Of a stretch of DNA of 64,000 nucleotides, positions 1 to 10,291 are shown one piece after another. The number at the start of each line of letters is the position of its first letter. The first letter of the stretch is position 1. A program made the position numbers and the translations under genes. The notes under the pieces are model-generated. The model was not told the DNA's origin. It ran no database searches and saw nothing but the letters and a program-made list of their open reading frames with translations. This DNA comes from an uncultured Actinomycetota bacterium (lineage in GTDB: Bacteria > Actinomycetota > Thermoleophilia > RBG-16-64-13): positions 7,472-71,471 of the forward strand of contig CAWJKH010000009.1 of NCBI GenBank assembly GCA_963843515.1, given 5' to 3'.

Positions 1-2
1 TC

Positions 3-920
3 TTCGGATCGATCATCGGGCACTGGTTCGAACGACGAAGAGGGCTTGCCGTCAGTCTTGCTTTCGCGGGCAGCTGTCTGGGGCAGTTCTTCCTGGTCCC
101 GCTCTTCTCGGACGTGGTGCTCTCCACCGGTTGGCGGACCATGAGCTTGTGGATCGCTGTTCTCACTCTGGCGATCAACCTGCCTCTCGCTTTCGGCGTG
201 ATTCGGGGTAACCCAGAGAGCCTTGGACTCGAGCCGTACGGGACAACGCGGCCGAGCGAGCCGGACGAAGGACCCGCGCGGCGGCAGCCCGCGGAGGGTC
301 TCACCTTGGCGGAGGCCATGCGGACCCGCTCCCTGTGGCTCTTCGCGGTCGTCATGTTCATCTGCGGGGCAGCGGACTTCCTCATCCTCACCCATCTGGT
401 GGCCATGGTCACCGACTACGGGGTCTCGCCCCAGACCGGGGCCAACATGCTCGCCTGGCTCGGCCTCCTCAGCATGGGAGGCATCCTGCTGGCGGGCCCA
501 GCGGCCGACACCATCGGCAACAAGATCCCCATAGCCGCCACATTTGCCTTCCGGATCGTCCTTTTCGCCATCCTTTTCACCTATAAGGGCCCGGCCTCGT
601 TCTGGGTCTTCGCGCTGGGCTTCGGGTTCACGTTCTTGATCACCGCTCCCCTCACGCCCACGCTGCTCGCGAAACTGTATGGCGTGATCGAACTCGGGTT
701 CATTTCGGGCTTCATCGTCATGGCCCATACCCTCGGCGGCGGACTGTGGGCCTATCTGGGCGGGGTCATTTTCGACAGTACGGGCGACTACAACCTCGTC
801 CTGCTGGTCTCGGCCGGGATGGCGGTTGTGGGCCTGGTGTGCACCCTCCTAATCCGCGAAGAGCGCCACACTCGTCCGGCCGGCCGCCTCGGAGAGGGGG
901 AGCGACTCGCGACCCGTTGA
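3..920 (+). CDS. MFS transporter, C-terminal part (5' end lies outside the window)
   Basis: The frame is open from the window edge (FGSIIGHWFERRRGLAVSLAFAG...). Six hydrophobic helices follow a central loop. The M at 114 in the ORF track is internal. Confidence 0.7.
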   Translation, partial: FGSIIGHWFERRRGLAVSLAFAGSCLGQFFLVPLFSDVVLSTGWRTMSLWIAVLTLAINLPLAFGVIRGNPESLGLEPYGTTRPSEPDEGPARRQPAEGLTLAEAMRTRSLWLFAVVMFICGAADFLILTHLVAMVTDYGVSPQTGANMLAWLGLLSMGGILLAGPAADTIGNKIPIAATFAFRIVLFAILFTYKGPASFWVFALGFGFTFLITAPLTPTLLAKLYGVIELGFISGFIVMAHTLGGGLWAYLGGVIFDSTGDYNLVLLVSAGMAVVGLVCTLLIREERHTRPAGRLGEGERLATR

Positions 921-1009
921 GGCTAGTCGAGCGGCTGGCTGCTTGCAGGCGCCACCAGGCTTGACTATTCTTTGAGAGTGCCCCGAGAACGGATCATCAG
1001 AGGTGAGCT

Positions 1010-1456
1010 ATGGCTACTTCGTTGGAGCCGGTGACCAAGGCAAGCGACGAGCTCAAGGCGCTGCTAAACGATGCGGTCGCGCGAGAGATCCAGGTGAGTG
1101 TGCAGTACATGTGGCAGCACGTCCAGGTTGTGGGCGTGAAGGGTGTCGCGGTCCAGGACGCTTTCAAGCAGACCGCCATCGCCGAGATGAAACACGCGGA
1201 GAGGATCGCTGAGAGGCTCTGGTACCTCGGAGCGACGCCGACCACCAAACCCGCGCCCATCACAGTGGGGCTCAGCCTCAAGGAGTTCCTCGAACTCGAC
1301 ACCAAGGCAGAGGTGGAAGCGGTCGAGATGTATCGCAAGATAATCCAGCTGGCCATGCAGGAGGGGGACTTCACCACCGCCCATATGTTCCGGGAGATCC
1401 TCGAGGACGAGGAAGAGCATCACGACCTCTTCACGACCATGCTCGAAGAGGTGTGA
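1010..1456 (+). CDS. bfr: bacterioferritin-like ferritin-fold protein
   Basis: 148 aa. Di-iron ligand pattern 'REIQVSVQY...AEMKHAERIAERL...EDEEEHHDL', aligned by eye to E. coli Bfr, including the EMKHA Met. RBS-like 'gaggtgag' lies upstream. Confidence 0.75.
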   Translation: MATSLEPVTKASDELKALLNDAVAREIQVSVQYMWQHVQVVGVKGVAVQDAFKQTAIAEMKHAERIAERLWYLGATPTTKPAPITVGLSLKEFLELDTKAEVEAVEMYRKIIQLAMQEGDFTTAHMFREILEDEEEHHDLFTTMLEEV

Positions 1457-2472
1457 CGCGTAGAAGGCGTCCGCGTTTTGAGCTGGCCGCCGTGCCGGAC
1501 GAGAAGCCTGCGGCGGCGGGCGAGAAGCCCGCACCGGTCGAAAGGCCACTCACCGACGGGCAGGCCCGACGAAGGGTAAAGCTGGTCCGTGTCCCCGCGG
1601 GCCTGGTCCAGCGGGCAAAGCTCCCGCGCAGAAGGGTGCGCGGAAGAGAGATGCTCGTGCCGACCGCAGCCAACCCCGTGCGGGTGCTCGTCTACGGCCT
1701 GGACAAGCCGGAGGTTCTTCCCCTTTTCGTGAATATGCATGGCGGCGGCTTCGTCATGGGTCAGGCGGAGATGGACGATCTCTTTATGGCCGACCTGGCC
1801 AATGCGGCCGGAGTCAAGGTGATCAGTGTCGACTACAGCCTGGCACCAGAGGAGCCCTTCCCCAAGGCGCTCTATGAGTGCTACGAGGTGGTCAGGTACG
1901 CCAAGGAACACGCGGATGAGCTCGGGGTGGATCCCGACCGTATCGCTGTGGGCGGCCACAGCGCCGGTGGCAACCTGGGAGCCGCCCTCTGCCTCCTCGA
2001 CGCGGAGCGCAAGGCCCTGCGCTGCAAAGCGCTGATACTCGATTATCCTCCCTTGGACCTCCACACCGACCCGTACCTCAAGCCGCGACCGAGGAAGGCC
2101 ATCCCTCCGAGGATGGCCCGCCTATTCGACCGAGCGTACTGCGGCACCCGCGAGGCCGCCGGAAATCCGCTGATCTCGCCGTGCTTCGCCAGCGACGAGC
2201 AACTCGCCTCGTTCCCCCCCACTCTGATGATCTCGGCCGGCCTGGACTCCCTGGCCCCAGAGGAGAAGGATTTCAAGGACAGACTGGAAGCAGTGGGCGT
2301 GACGGTGACGTACAGGCTGTTCGAAGGCTCCCCGCATGGGTTCACGATCGGCAAGGGCCCCGACTCCGCCGAGGCCTGGCGAATGATGGCCGACTTCCTC
2401 AAGCGCCACCTGGCGCCCGCCCACACGCCCCGCGGCCCTACTCCCGGTGACTGCCGTCGCAATACGGCTTGA
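1453..2472 (+). CDS. alpha/beta hydrolase, hormone-sensitive-lipase-type esterase/lipase
   Basis: Oxyanion motif 'HGGGF', nucleophile elbow 'GGHSAGGN' and a C-terminal 'GSPHGF'. The start is uncertain; an internal ATG at 1651 is possible. Confidence 0.8.
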   Translation: MTRRRRPRFELAAVPDEKPAAAGEKPAPVERPLTDGQARRRVKLVRVPAGLVQRAKLPRRRVRGREMLVPTAANPVRVLVYGLDKPEVLPLFVNMHGGGFVMGQAEMDDLFMADLANAAGVKVISVDYSLAPEEPFPKALYECYEVVRYAKEHADELGVDPDRIAVGGHSAGGNLGAALCLLDAERKALRCKALILDYPPLDLHTDPYLKPRPRKAIPPRMARLFDRAYCGTREAAGNPLISPCFASDEQLASFPPTLMISAGLDSLAPEEKDFKDRLEAVGVTVTYRLFEGSPHGFTIGKGPDSAEAWRMMADFLKRHLAPAHTPRGPTPGDCRRNTA

Positions 2473-3124
2473 TGGAACTTCGCCCGCACCTGCACAGCGT
2501 TACCCGGTTCCTCACCTCGTAGAGTTGTCCAGCGGCCGATTCCACCGGGATGCCGCCTCTCACCCAGAGCGGGCCGATCTGCTCGGCGTCGTCTTCGACG
2601 ATCAGACCGAGTGACGGCTCGAGTTCGGGCTCCACGGCCCGGCCGTCCTTGTCCCACGCCACGAGCCTTCCCGAAGGACAATCGCAGGCCTCCTCGATGG
2701 CAACGCGAGCGGCCTGCGGGTCGGCCGAGTGCCGGGTGAGCGCCCAGGTCCCCCCCTGGCGGTGGCAGAAGCCGACGCCCACGCAGAACCCCTCGGCGTC
2801 GGTCAGCCGCAGCCCAGGCCCTACCAACTCCTCGGCCTGATCGAGGTATGGTGTGTCCGGCGCCGTTTCGGTCCCATCGAACCCAACGGCGGCGTGACTA
2901 CCGTCGCAGTAGGGCATCTGCTGCGAATGGCCGCAACGGCAGACGGCGTAGCTCTTAAATGCCGGGAATCTGCGGCCCTCTTTCCAGCCGAGCGGCTGGC
3001 CGTCGTCATCGACGCAGACGGTCTGCTCCGCCAGAGGGACACCCCCTGTGACGAGATAGGGTCCGTCTGTCGTTACCTTGACCCTGTATGGCGGTCGCAG
3101 CGCGGCCGTCTCTTCCTCTTTCAT
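2438..3124 (-). CDS. CDGSH iron-sulfur domain-containing protein (two CDGSH motifs)
   Basis: Motifs 'CRCGHSQQMPYCDGSH' and 'CRCGRSSIKPYCDGSH'. I chose the ATG at 3124 (MKEEE...), which is preceded by GAGG. The longer ORF-track N-terminus looks non-coding. Confidence 0.85.
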   Translation of the reverse strand: MKEEETAALRPPYRVKVTTDGPYLVTGGVPLAEQTVCVDDDGQPLGWKEGRRFPAFKSYAVCRCGHSQQMPYCDGSHAAVGFDGTETAPDTPYLDQAEELVGPGLRLTDAEGFCVGVGFCHRQGGTWALTRHSADPQAARVAIEEACDCPSGRLVAWDKDGRAVEPELEPSLGLIVEDDAEQIGPLWVRGGIPVESAAGQLYEVRNRVTLCRCGRSSIKPYCDGSHRE

Positions 3125-3356
3125 GGTGTTACCTCGCGTGATCTCCACTCTCGTGGCACTTCGGCAGACCCCACGTCCGCGCGTAGGGCTCACCACCCCC
3201 ACAATACGGCAAAGACCACTCTCCGTCCGCCACAAGAACTCTCCGTGGAACAGGCATTCCGCCGCGCCCCGCGCGCCTCGCGCTCGTGGTTTAGCCAAAA
3301 GACTTCCGGGTAGTAGACGTTTTGAGTCACGGCGCGCGATCGAAGGAGACGATCTC

Positions 3357-4022
3357 ATGGAGGGGAACTCGATATCTTCGGCACAGGCCGGTACAGCAGG
3401 GCGGCGCCTTAAGCAGGGGCTTGCCATCGCGTTCGTAGTGGTGGTGCTGGCGGTCCCCTTCGCTCTGATCAATAGGGATTTCGCCATGCTCGGTCAGGGG
3501 ATGGACGAGACCCTTCACACACTGCTCCGTTTTTGCGCGCTGCTGGGAATCAGTCTGCTGTTCCTGCAGATTGTGACAGGCGCGTTCCGTCCGGCTCTGC
3601 GGCATCTGTTCAAGCCCAGGACCGTCCAGAGCTTCCATACCGCCTTCGGGCTCACCGGGCTGGCTTTCATCGTCTGCCACTTCGTCCTTCTCATCCCGAG
3701 CATCGGGGAACATTGGGCGGAGTTGAACCACGCCTTCTTCGTCCTTGGTCCCCTCATGCTGCTTGTGCTGCTTACCACCATCACCACGGCGCTGCTGCTC
3801 CGGCGGACGCACCCGGGCGTGTGGTCGAGGCTGCACGTGCTCAATTACGTCGTCTTCACGGTAGCGCTCATCCACGCCATGGGGATAGGAACGCAAGGGT
3901 CGACGACCAGCGGCCGGATAGTGCTTGGCGTCTACCTGATCATCGGGCTGTCAGGGCTTGCCTACCGGGCCAGCTCGCCCGCGTGGCGGCGCCGGTTCGT
4001 TCCTGCTCGCGTCCGGTCCTAG
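3357..4022 (+). CDS. ferric-reductase-like transmembrane (MsrQ/YedZ-like) heme-binding membrane protein
   Basis: Six predicted TM helices with conserved His residues (FHTAFG, VCHF, LIHAMG). ATG at 3357 follows AAGGAG. Confidence 0.6.
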   Translation: MEGNSISSAQAGTAGRRLKQGLAIAFVVVVLAVPFALINRDFAMLGQGMDETLHTLLRFCALLGISLLFLQIVTGAFRPALRHLFKPRTVQSFHTAFGLTGLAFIVCHFVLLIPSIGEHWAELNHAFFVLGPLMLLVLLTTITTALLLRRTHPGVWSRLHVLNYVVFTVALIHAMGIGTQGSTTSGRIVLGVYLIIGLSGLAYRASSPAWRRRFVPARVRS

Positions 4023-5752
4023 GGCTGCGGCGTCTGCAGCGGCGGCACCGTCCGCTGCTCGGTGTAGAGTCCGGTGGCTGCCGACGGCGAAGACGGGACC
4101 TCCTTGGTCTCCTGGAGTCTGCCCTGCCCGTCGTAGGCGCGGATCGTCAATTGGTGGGTACCCTCGGTGTACGGCCAATCGTAGCGCCAGATGACCCAGG
4201 TGAGCTCCGACAGTGGCTCCCGGAGCTGGGCGGCCTCCCAGGGGCCGTCGTCGATCTGGACCTCGACCTTCGAGATGCCCTTCGCTCCCGAGTGGGCGAC
4301 GCCGCCCATGGGCACGTATGTCTGCTCCCCGCGAGTGACCAGGGATTTGACGGCCACGGTGTCGATGACCGAGGTGGTCTTGACCTCGGCCTTCTCGTCC
4401 CAGCCTCGCTCCACCCAATAGCCCGGCTTGGACTCGGCCGCGAGCGTCGCCCGGGTTATCCACTTGGGCTGCTTCATGCCGTACCGATCGGGGATGAAGA
4501 CGCGTAGCGGGAAGCCATGCTGCCGGGTGAGCGGTTCTCCGTCCCAGGCGTAGGCGAGCGTAATGCGCGGGTCACCTTCGATCAGCTCCACGTCCATCTC
4601 CTCACCGAACCCATCGGCCGATTCGAGATGCACGTACAGCGCGCCGGCCTGGGGCCGAGCTCGGGCGAGAATGTCGCGGAAAGAGGCACCGGTCCACAGA
4701 GTGGTCCCGATGAAGGGCCCCCCGATGGGGTTGGAGATGCACGCCAGGGTAACGAACTGGTCAATCCGCTCGAAGTCCGAACGTAGCTGATCGAGCGTCA
4801 GAGACAGGGGCTCGTCGACCAGTCCGTCGACGATCAGCCGCCAGTCCGCCTCGGCTACCTCGGGGGCGGTGAGAGTGATATCCACCCGGTAATGATCTTC
4901 CACGGGCGTGTACTCGGGCCGAGTGCCGGGCGCCGGCTGAACGGGTGAGTCTGCATTGGGGAATGGGATCGGGGCGTCCCCCTCCCCCGGCGTCTGCGGC
5001 GCCACCTCGGTTCGGAGGACGGCCCCCACCCCGGCTCCCACCACGATGATGGTGGCGGCCAGTCCGCCCATCTGGATGACGAAGCGCCTGCGGCTGATGA
5101 CCCTGACCTCGGCCTGGGGCAAAGCCTCGACCGCCGCCATAGGCCGCCGCTCCGGCCCCGGCACAGGGCCGTCGGGCGATGGGGGTGCCATGATCGCCGC
5201 TGTAGGGTCGCGGGCCGCGACCGCGGCGGCGGCGCCGGCCACCGGGAACGCCAGCAGATAGACACGGGCCATCCCCCATCCCCACAGAAGGAACAGGACG
5301 AGCACCCAGAAGACGAAACCCACCTTGCCGGCGGCGCCCGCGGGGACCCCCTGGACCAGCGTAACCACCGTGGAGAAGACGCCCACGGCTCCGCCCACCA
5401 GCAGCCCGTAGCGTTGGATGCGCCGCCGGTCCGTCGTTCGCACCAGCAGGAAGAACAGAAGCCCGATGATGACACCGACGACGAAGAGGGTGGCGACGGC
5501 AAGGACCTGCTCGGCCGTCTTGGCGGTATCCTTGATGTCGAAGCCCAGACCGCTCAGCACCGATAGGGTGAGATCCAGCCCAAAGGTCACTACCGAACCT
5601 GGGAGGATCCGGATGAGCCATTCGAAGACGGTGAAAGGCAGGTAAGGGATCCCGGCCAGCCAGCCCAAGGCGAGCACGCCCAGCAATGGGGCGGTGAGTA
5701 AGGCTCCCGCTGCGAGACCGGTGCCTGCTTTTGCGATCCGGCGGTGCGGCAT
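4019..5752 (-). CDS. molybdopterin-dependent (sulfite-oxidase/MsrP-fold) oxidoreductase fused to an N-terminal polytopic membrane domain
   Basis: The C-terminal half matches the SUOX/YedY fold: 'TLACISNPIGG', 'HGFPLRVFIPDRYGMKQPKW', 'GYWVERGWD', plus a dimerisation-like beta domain. The N-terminal ~230 aa are hydrophobic helices. The start may be 5752 or 5794. Confidence 0.8.
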   Translation of the reverse strand: MPHRRIAKAGTGLAAGALLTAPLLGVLALGWLAGIPYLPFTVFEWLIRILPGSVVTFGLDLTLSVLSGLGFDIKDTAKTAEQVLAVATLFVVGVIIGLLFFLLVRTTDRRRIQRYGLLVGGAVGVFSTVVTLVQGVPAGAAGKVGFVFWVLVLFLLWGWGMARVYLLAFPVAGAAAAVAARDPTAAIMAPPSPDGPVPGPERRPMAAVEALPQAEVRVISRRRFVIQMGGLAATIIVVGAGVGAVLRTEVAPQTPGEGDAPIPFPNADSPVQPAPGTRPEYTPVEDHYRVDITLTAPEVAEADWRLIVDGLVDEPLSLTLDQLRSDFERIDQFVTLACISNPIGGPFIGTTLWTGASFRDILARARPQAGALYVHLESADGFGEEMDVELIEGDPRITLAYAWDGEPLTRQHGFPLRVFIPDRYGMKQPKWITRATLAAESKPGYWVERGWDEKAEVKTTSVIDTVAVKSLVTRGEQTYVPMGGVAHSGAKGISKVEVQIDDGPWEAAQLREPLSELTWVIWRYDWPYTEGTHQLTIRAYDGQGRLQETKEVPSSPSAATGLYTEQRTVPPLQTPQP

Positions 5753-5784
5753 GGTTCTGAGAGTTCCCCCAGTCGTAACGATGT

Positions 5785-6759
5785 ATGCCCGCAAGTGAAG
5801 GGCGGTCCGCGTTGGCCAGAGCCGAGATCACAGTCGACGAGTACTCCTTCAGCTTTAGCCCCCACCAGGACCCTGTGGCCTCCGTCCGACCCGGAGAGAC
5901 GGTGGTCATCTACACCCAGGACGCCCTGGGCGGCAGGATCCGTTCCGAGTCGGACCTTCCCGGCCAGGCCATGGCGGGCAGGGACCCCAACCCGCTCACT
6001 GGTCCTATAGCCATCGAGGGAGCGGAGTCTGGAGACACCCTGGCGGTGCACATCGAGAGCATCGAGCCGCTGCGGGATTTTGCGGTGAGTTGCTTCGTGC
6101 CGAACATGGGCGGCCTCACCTCGACGGACTACACCCGGACCCTACAGGAGCCCATCCCCGAGAGGACGTGGATATGGCCGCTGTACGACGGTCCCGAAGG
6201 GCGGTATCTGGAGAACCCGGAGATCGGAGTGCGCGTACCCTGGAAGCCGTTTATGGGCAGCATCGGGGTCGCGCCTGCACTCGAAGCGATAGCCTCCATC
6301 ACCCCGGGACCGCACGGGGGCAACATGGACTGCCCCGACGCACGGCCGGGCAACACTTTGCACCTGCCTGTGTCGGTGAAGGGGGCTTTGTTCTCCGTAG
6401 GGGACTGTCACGCCAACCAGGGCCAAGGGGAGGTGTGCGGCGTTGCCCTGGAGATCCCTTGCAGGCTGTCGGTGGTCTTCGCGATCCGCAAGAGCGAGCG
6501 CATCGGCTGGCCGCGGATCGTCTCGGACGAGGCCATCATGGTGGTCGGGTCGGCCAAGCCAATGGAGGATGCCGCCCGGATCGCCTACGCAGAGCTCGTG
6601 CTATGGATGGAGGCGGATTTCGGTTTCGACCGGTGGGAAGCGTACCAACTGCTGGGCCAGGTTGGTGGCCTGTACGTGGCCAACATGGTCAACCCCCTGT
6701 ACTCGGTCGTGGCCTCGATCCAGAAGACGCATCTGCAGCGCTCCCTGCGACGCTCCTAG
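5785..6759 (+). CDS. acetamidase/formamidase family protein
   Basis: 'NPLTGPIAIEGAESGDTLAVHI', 'GGNMDCPD' and 'VGDCHANQGQGEVCGVALE' are typical FmdA/AmdA motifs. The start is uncertain because it overlaps the divergent neighbour. Confidence 0.8.
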   Translation: MPASEGRSALARAEITVDEYSFSFSPHQDPVASVRPGETVVIYTQDALGGRIRSESDLPGQAMAGRDPNPLTGPIAIEGAESGDTLAVHIESIEPLRDFAVSCFVPNMGGLTSTDYTRTLQEPIPERTWIWPLYDGPEGRYLENPEIGVRVPWKPFMGSIGVAPALEAIASITPGPHGGNMDCPDARPGNTLHLPVSVKGALFSVGDCHANQGQGEVCGVALEIPCRLSVVFAIRKSERIGWPRIVSDEAIMVVGSAKPMEDAARIAYAELVLWMEADFGFDRWEAYQLLGQVGGLYVANMVNPLYSVVASIQKTHLQRSLRRS

Positions 6760-6784
6760 TCACACGCCGGCGGAGCGGGCCAAC

Positions 6785-7258
6785 GTGGATGTGAACTACT
6801 CCTACAGGCGCCTCGGGGACCTAGATACCGGGCTGCTCCGAGAAATGCTTGCACTCTTCGCCGAGGTGTTCGATGAACCCGAGACCTATCTCGGCGCGGT
6901 CCCGAGCGAGGAGTATCTGCGAGGGCTGCTGCGACGGACTGACTTCATAGCCCTTGCCGCTTTGGCAGAAGACGAGGTGGTGGGCGGCCTCGCGGCCTAC
7001 GAACTGGAGAAGTTCGAGCGAGAACGGACCGAGATCTACATATACGACCTCGGGGTCAGGGAAGGGCATCGCAGAAGAGGAGTGGCCACCGCGCTGATAG
7101 AGGAGCTCAGGGCCATCGCTCGGGAGGGAAAGGCCTGGGTGATCTTCGTCCAAGCCGACCCGGGCGACGAGGCCGCGATAGAGCTTTATGGGTCACTGGG
7201 CGTACGAGAGCGCGTGTACCACTTCGACATCCCCATAAGGATGGAAGATCGCAGATAG
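6785..7258 (+). CDS. GNAT N-acetyltransferase, AAC(3)-I-like (aminoglycoside 3-N-acetyltransferase family)
   Basis: 157 aa from the GTG at 6785. It aligns by eye along the length of AAC(3)-Ia: 'FIALAA...VVGGLAAYEL.KFE..R.EIYIYDL.V...HRR.G.ATALI' and 'V.ADPGD..A..LY..LG.RE.V.HFDI'. Confidence 0.8.
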   Translation: MDVNYSYRRLGDLDTGLLREMLALFAEVFDEPETYLGAVPSEEYLRGLLRRTDFIALAALAEDEVVGGLAAYELEKFERERTEIYIYDLGVREGHRRRGVATALIEELRAIAREGKAWVIFVQADPGDEAAIELYGSLGVRERVYHFDIPIRMEDRR

Positions 7259-7293
7259 GCAGGCCGGCCCGACCGGCGCTGGTCAGGCCTCGC

Positions 7294-7530
7294 TCAGGCC
7301 TCCGCCCAGACCACCTCGACGCCGTCGGAATTGCCCACGGCTTCCCGCAGCATGACCACCAGATCGGGGCTGGCGCCGTTCTGCTCCAGATAGTCGATGG
7401 TCGCGGGGCTAATGTAGTAGTCGGTGTCCTCGTCGGTCTCCTCCTCGAGCTGGTCTGTCAGCAACTCGAGGTCGGCTTCGTCAATCGTCCCAATCGGTTC
7501 CCCGCTGTCCTTCAACGACAGAGTGATCAC
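7294..7530 (-). CDS. small acidic hypothetical protein (78 aa)
   Basis: GTG at 7530 follows AGGAGG. G+C at third codon positions is high. The sequence is Asp/Glu-rich ('EEETDEDTDYY'). No family recognised. Confidence 0.55.
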   Translation of the reverse strand: MITLSLKDSGEPIGTIDEADLELLTDQLEEETDEDTDYYISPATIDYLEQNGASPDLVVMLREAVGNSDGVEVVWAEA

Positions 7531-7670
7531 GTGGCGACCCTCCTGTTCGCGCCTCCTGCCGGACTTCGCGCCAGCATCCTCCTGCCACTCTATCACCCGC
7601 GCTCGTAGCCCCCGAGTCCCACTTGAGGCATACTGGTGGGTGCGAAGAACGACCGACCAGGAGGTGCACG

Positions 7671-8276
7671 ATGCGTGGACGTTGGACGGTGTCTGTGCTG
7701 GCTGCAATCATTGCGGCCCTTGCTGTCGCGCTGGCTGCCTGCGGATCGACCGCGGCGTCGACGACTTCGCTGGCGCCCGCAACCACGGAGCCGACGGCCC
7801 TCACCACTACTTCCGCGGCAGTGAGCACATCGGTGACGACCTCGCCGGATGGGAGCAGCACCACAGTTTCGGGCGGGTCTGCGGGCATCCCTACCGCGGA
7901 ACTTCAGGTGTACCTCGACGCCATGGGCAGCTTCGCGCAGGCCTTCGCGACCGGTCCGGACACCTCGTTCCTAAACATCACGGACCCGTCGACCGCCACT
8001 GCAGCTGATTCTCAGCAGGCCGACGCGGCCTCGGCTTTCGCCCACAAGCTCCAGGATCAACTCCTGGCCATTCAGGCCCCGGCGGTTGTGGCCGCGCTTC
8101 ACAATGAGTTTGTGAGCTTCTTCCAGGCAGAGGTCAAGAGCATGGACGATTTCATCGCGGCTCTGAAAGCCAAGGACGCCGCCAGAATGAAGACTGCCCA
8201 CGACGCTCTCGCCCAGCAGGTAGAGAACATTGGGCCGGTGCTCACTCAGCTGCTCTCGGTCCCGGGGGTTAAGTAG
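7671..8276 (+). CDS. lipoprotein, function unknown
   Basis: ATG follows GGAGGTG. Signal peptide with lipobox 'LAAC|GS', then a Thr/Ser-rich linker and a helical domain. Confidence 0.65.
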   Translation: MRGRWTVSVLAAIIAALAVALAACGSTAASTTSLAPATTEPTALTTTSAAVSTSVTTSPDGSSTTVSGGSAGIPTAELQVYLDAMGSFAQAFATGPDTSFLNITDPSTATAADSQQADAASAFAHKLQDQLLAIQAPAVVAALHNEFVSFFQAEVKSMDDFIAALKAKDAARMKTAHDALAQQVENIGPVLTQLLSVPGVK

Positions 8277-8378
8277 AAGCCCGGTACGTCGCTTGACGCT
8301 CCCTCGACGGTATGAGAAAAAAGGGCCTTGACCGCGCGTGCGAGCGGCCTCAGTGATCCCCGCCCGAGCAGGAGCACC

Positions 8379-10184
8379 ATGTCGGACCAGGACTTCATCC
8401 GCGAGATCGTGCAGCAAGACCTGGCCTCGGGCCGTGTCGGCGAAGTGGTCACTCGCTTTCCGCCGGAGCCGAACGGCTACCTGCACATCGGGCACGCCAA
8501 GTCCATCTGCCTCAACTTCGGGATAGCCCGCCAGTTCGGCGGCCGCTGCAACCTGCGCATGGACGACACCAATCCGGCCAAAGAGGACGTTGAGTACGTC
8601 GACTCCATCACCGCCGATGTGAACTGGCTCATCGCCGGCTGGGCCGACCACTGTCTGGCCCTCAAGCCGGTGGGCGGCCTCCCGAACAGGCGCCCGGCCG
8701 ATGGCGGCGAGGACTTCTTTATGCCACCGGTGATGGCGGCGGAGGCCGCGGGCGTGGCCGAGGGCCGGAGGCTCGAGCCTTTCTACGCCTCCGACTACTT
8801 CCAGCCACTATACGAGTACGCGCTCGAGCTGATAGGGAAAGGTAAAGCTTTCGTCTGCGACCACACGGCCGAAGAGGTGGACCAGATGCGCGGCGCGCCC
8901 GACCGCCCGGGTGAGGAGAGCCACTACCGAAACCGCTCCGTCGACGAGAGCCTCGACCTGTTCGCCCGCATGCGCGCCGGCGAGTTCCCCGACGGCGCCC
9001 GCACCCTGCGGGCCAAGATCGACATGAGCGCGCCCAATGTCTGGCTGCGCGACCCGGTTCTGTACCGCATCCGGCACGCCTTCCATCACCACACCGGCGA
9101 CGCCTGGTGCATCTACCCCATGTACGACTTCGCCCATGGGCTGAGCGACTACATCGAAGGCATCACCCACAGCATCTGCACGCTGGAGTTCGAGGTCCAT
9201 CGTCCTCTCTACGACTGGATCCTCGACGCCCTCGACCTGCCGCGGATCCATCCCATCCAACGCGAGTTCGCCCGGCTCAACGTCACCTACACCATTATGA
9301 GCAAACGCAGGCTGTTGCGTCTGGTCCAGGAGGGATCGGTGCGGGGCTGGGACGACCCGCGCATGCCAACTATCTCGGGCATGCGCCGGCGCGGCTATCC
9401 GGCTGAGGCCATCCGAGCCTTCTGCGACCGCATCGGGGTGGCCAAGCGAGAGAACCTGGTGGAGATAGGGCTGCTGGAGCACTTCGTGCGTGACGATCTC
9501 AATCAACAGGCGCCGCGGGCCATGGCCGTTCTGCGCCCCCTGCGGGTCGTGATCGAGAACTATCCCGACGGGCTGGTGGAGGAGTTCGAGGCCATCAACA
9601 ACCCGGAAGATCCGAGCGCCGGCACCCGCAAGGTGCCGTTCTCCAAAGTGATCTATATCGAACAGGACGACTTCCGGGACGTGCCCCCACCGAAGTACCA
9701 CCGGCTGAGCCCCGGGGTGGAGGTGCGCCTGCGCTCCGCCTACCTGATCACCTGCACCGGTGTGGTGAAGGACCCGCAGACCGGCGAGGTGGTGGAGGTG
9801 CGGGCCGCCTACGACCCGGCCACCCGCGGTGGCGATGCGCCCGACGGGCGCAAGGTCAAGAGTACTATCCACTGGGTATCTGCCGCCCACGCCGTGGACG
9901 CGGAGGTCCGCCTCTACGACACACTATTCTCGGTGGAGAACCCGGACGACGTACCGGAAGGTGTCGACTTCACCGAGACGCTCAACCCCTACTCTCTCGA
10001 GATCCTGCGGGGCTGCAGGCTAGAACCGTCGCTGGCCGCGGCCGAGCCCGGGGCCCGGTACCAGTTCGAACGGCTGGGCTACTTCTGCGCCGACTCAGCG
10101 GACTCCCGGCCGGGCGCCCCGGTCTTCAACCGTACTGTGACGCTCAAGGACGCCTGGGCCAAGATAGAGAAACGGCTGGGGTAA
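8379..10184 (+). CDS. glnS: glutamine--tRNA ligase
   Basis: '[14 protein letters not shown]' (HIGH) and 'IMSKRRL' (KMSKS). It is collinear by eye with E. coli GlnRS to the C-terminus ('[13 protein letters not shown]'). A ~40-aa in-frame insertion sits after 'WLIAGW'. Confidence 0.95.
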   Translation: MSDQDFIREIVQQDLASGRVGEVVTRFPPEPNGYLHIGHAKSICLNFGIARQFGGRCNLRMDDTNPAKEDVEYVDSITADVNWLIAGWADHCLALKPVGGLPNRRPADGGEDFFMPPVMAAEAAGVAEGRRLEPFYASDYFQPLYEYALELIGKGKAFVCDHTAEEVDQMRGAPDRPGEESHYRNRSVDESLDLFARMRAGEFPDGARTLRAKIDMSAPNVWLRDPVLYRIRHAFHHHTGDAWCIYPMYDFAHGLSDYIEGITHSICTLEFEVHRPLYDWILDALDLPRIHPIQREFARLNVTYTIMSKRRLLRLVQEGSVRGWDDPRMPTISGMRRRGYPAEAIRAFCDRIGVAKRENLVEIGLLEHFVRDDLNQQAPRAMAVLRPLRVVIENYPDGLVEEFEAINNPEDPSAGTRKVPFSKVIYIEQDDFRDVPPPKYHRLSPGVEVRLRSAYLITCTGVVKDPQTGEVVEVRAAYDPATRGGDAPDGRKVKSTIHWVSAAHAVDAEVRLYDTLFSVENPDDVPEGVDFTETLNPYSLEILRGCRLEPSLAAAEPGARYQFERLGYFCADSADSRPGAPVFNRTVTLKDAWAKIEKRLG

Positions 10185-10291
10185 CGGGCGGCGGAAGCGG
10201 CCAGGCGCACCGGATGGTCGGTGACTGTGCAGGCGCCTTGGCGATGATAAACTCGACAAGCCGCGCGCCACGCCGGCGCGCATCCGGTCTA

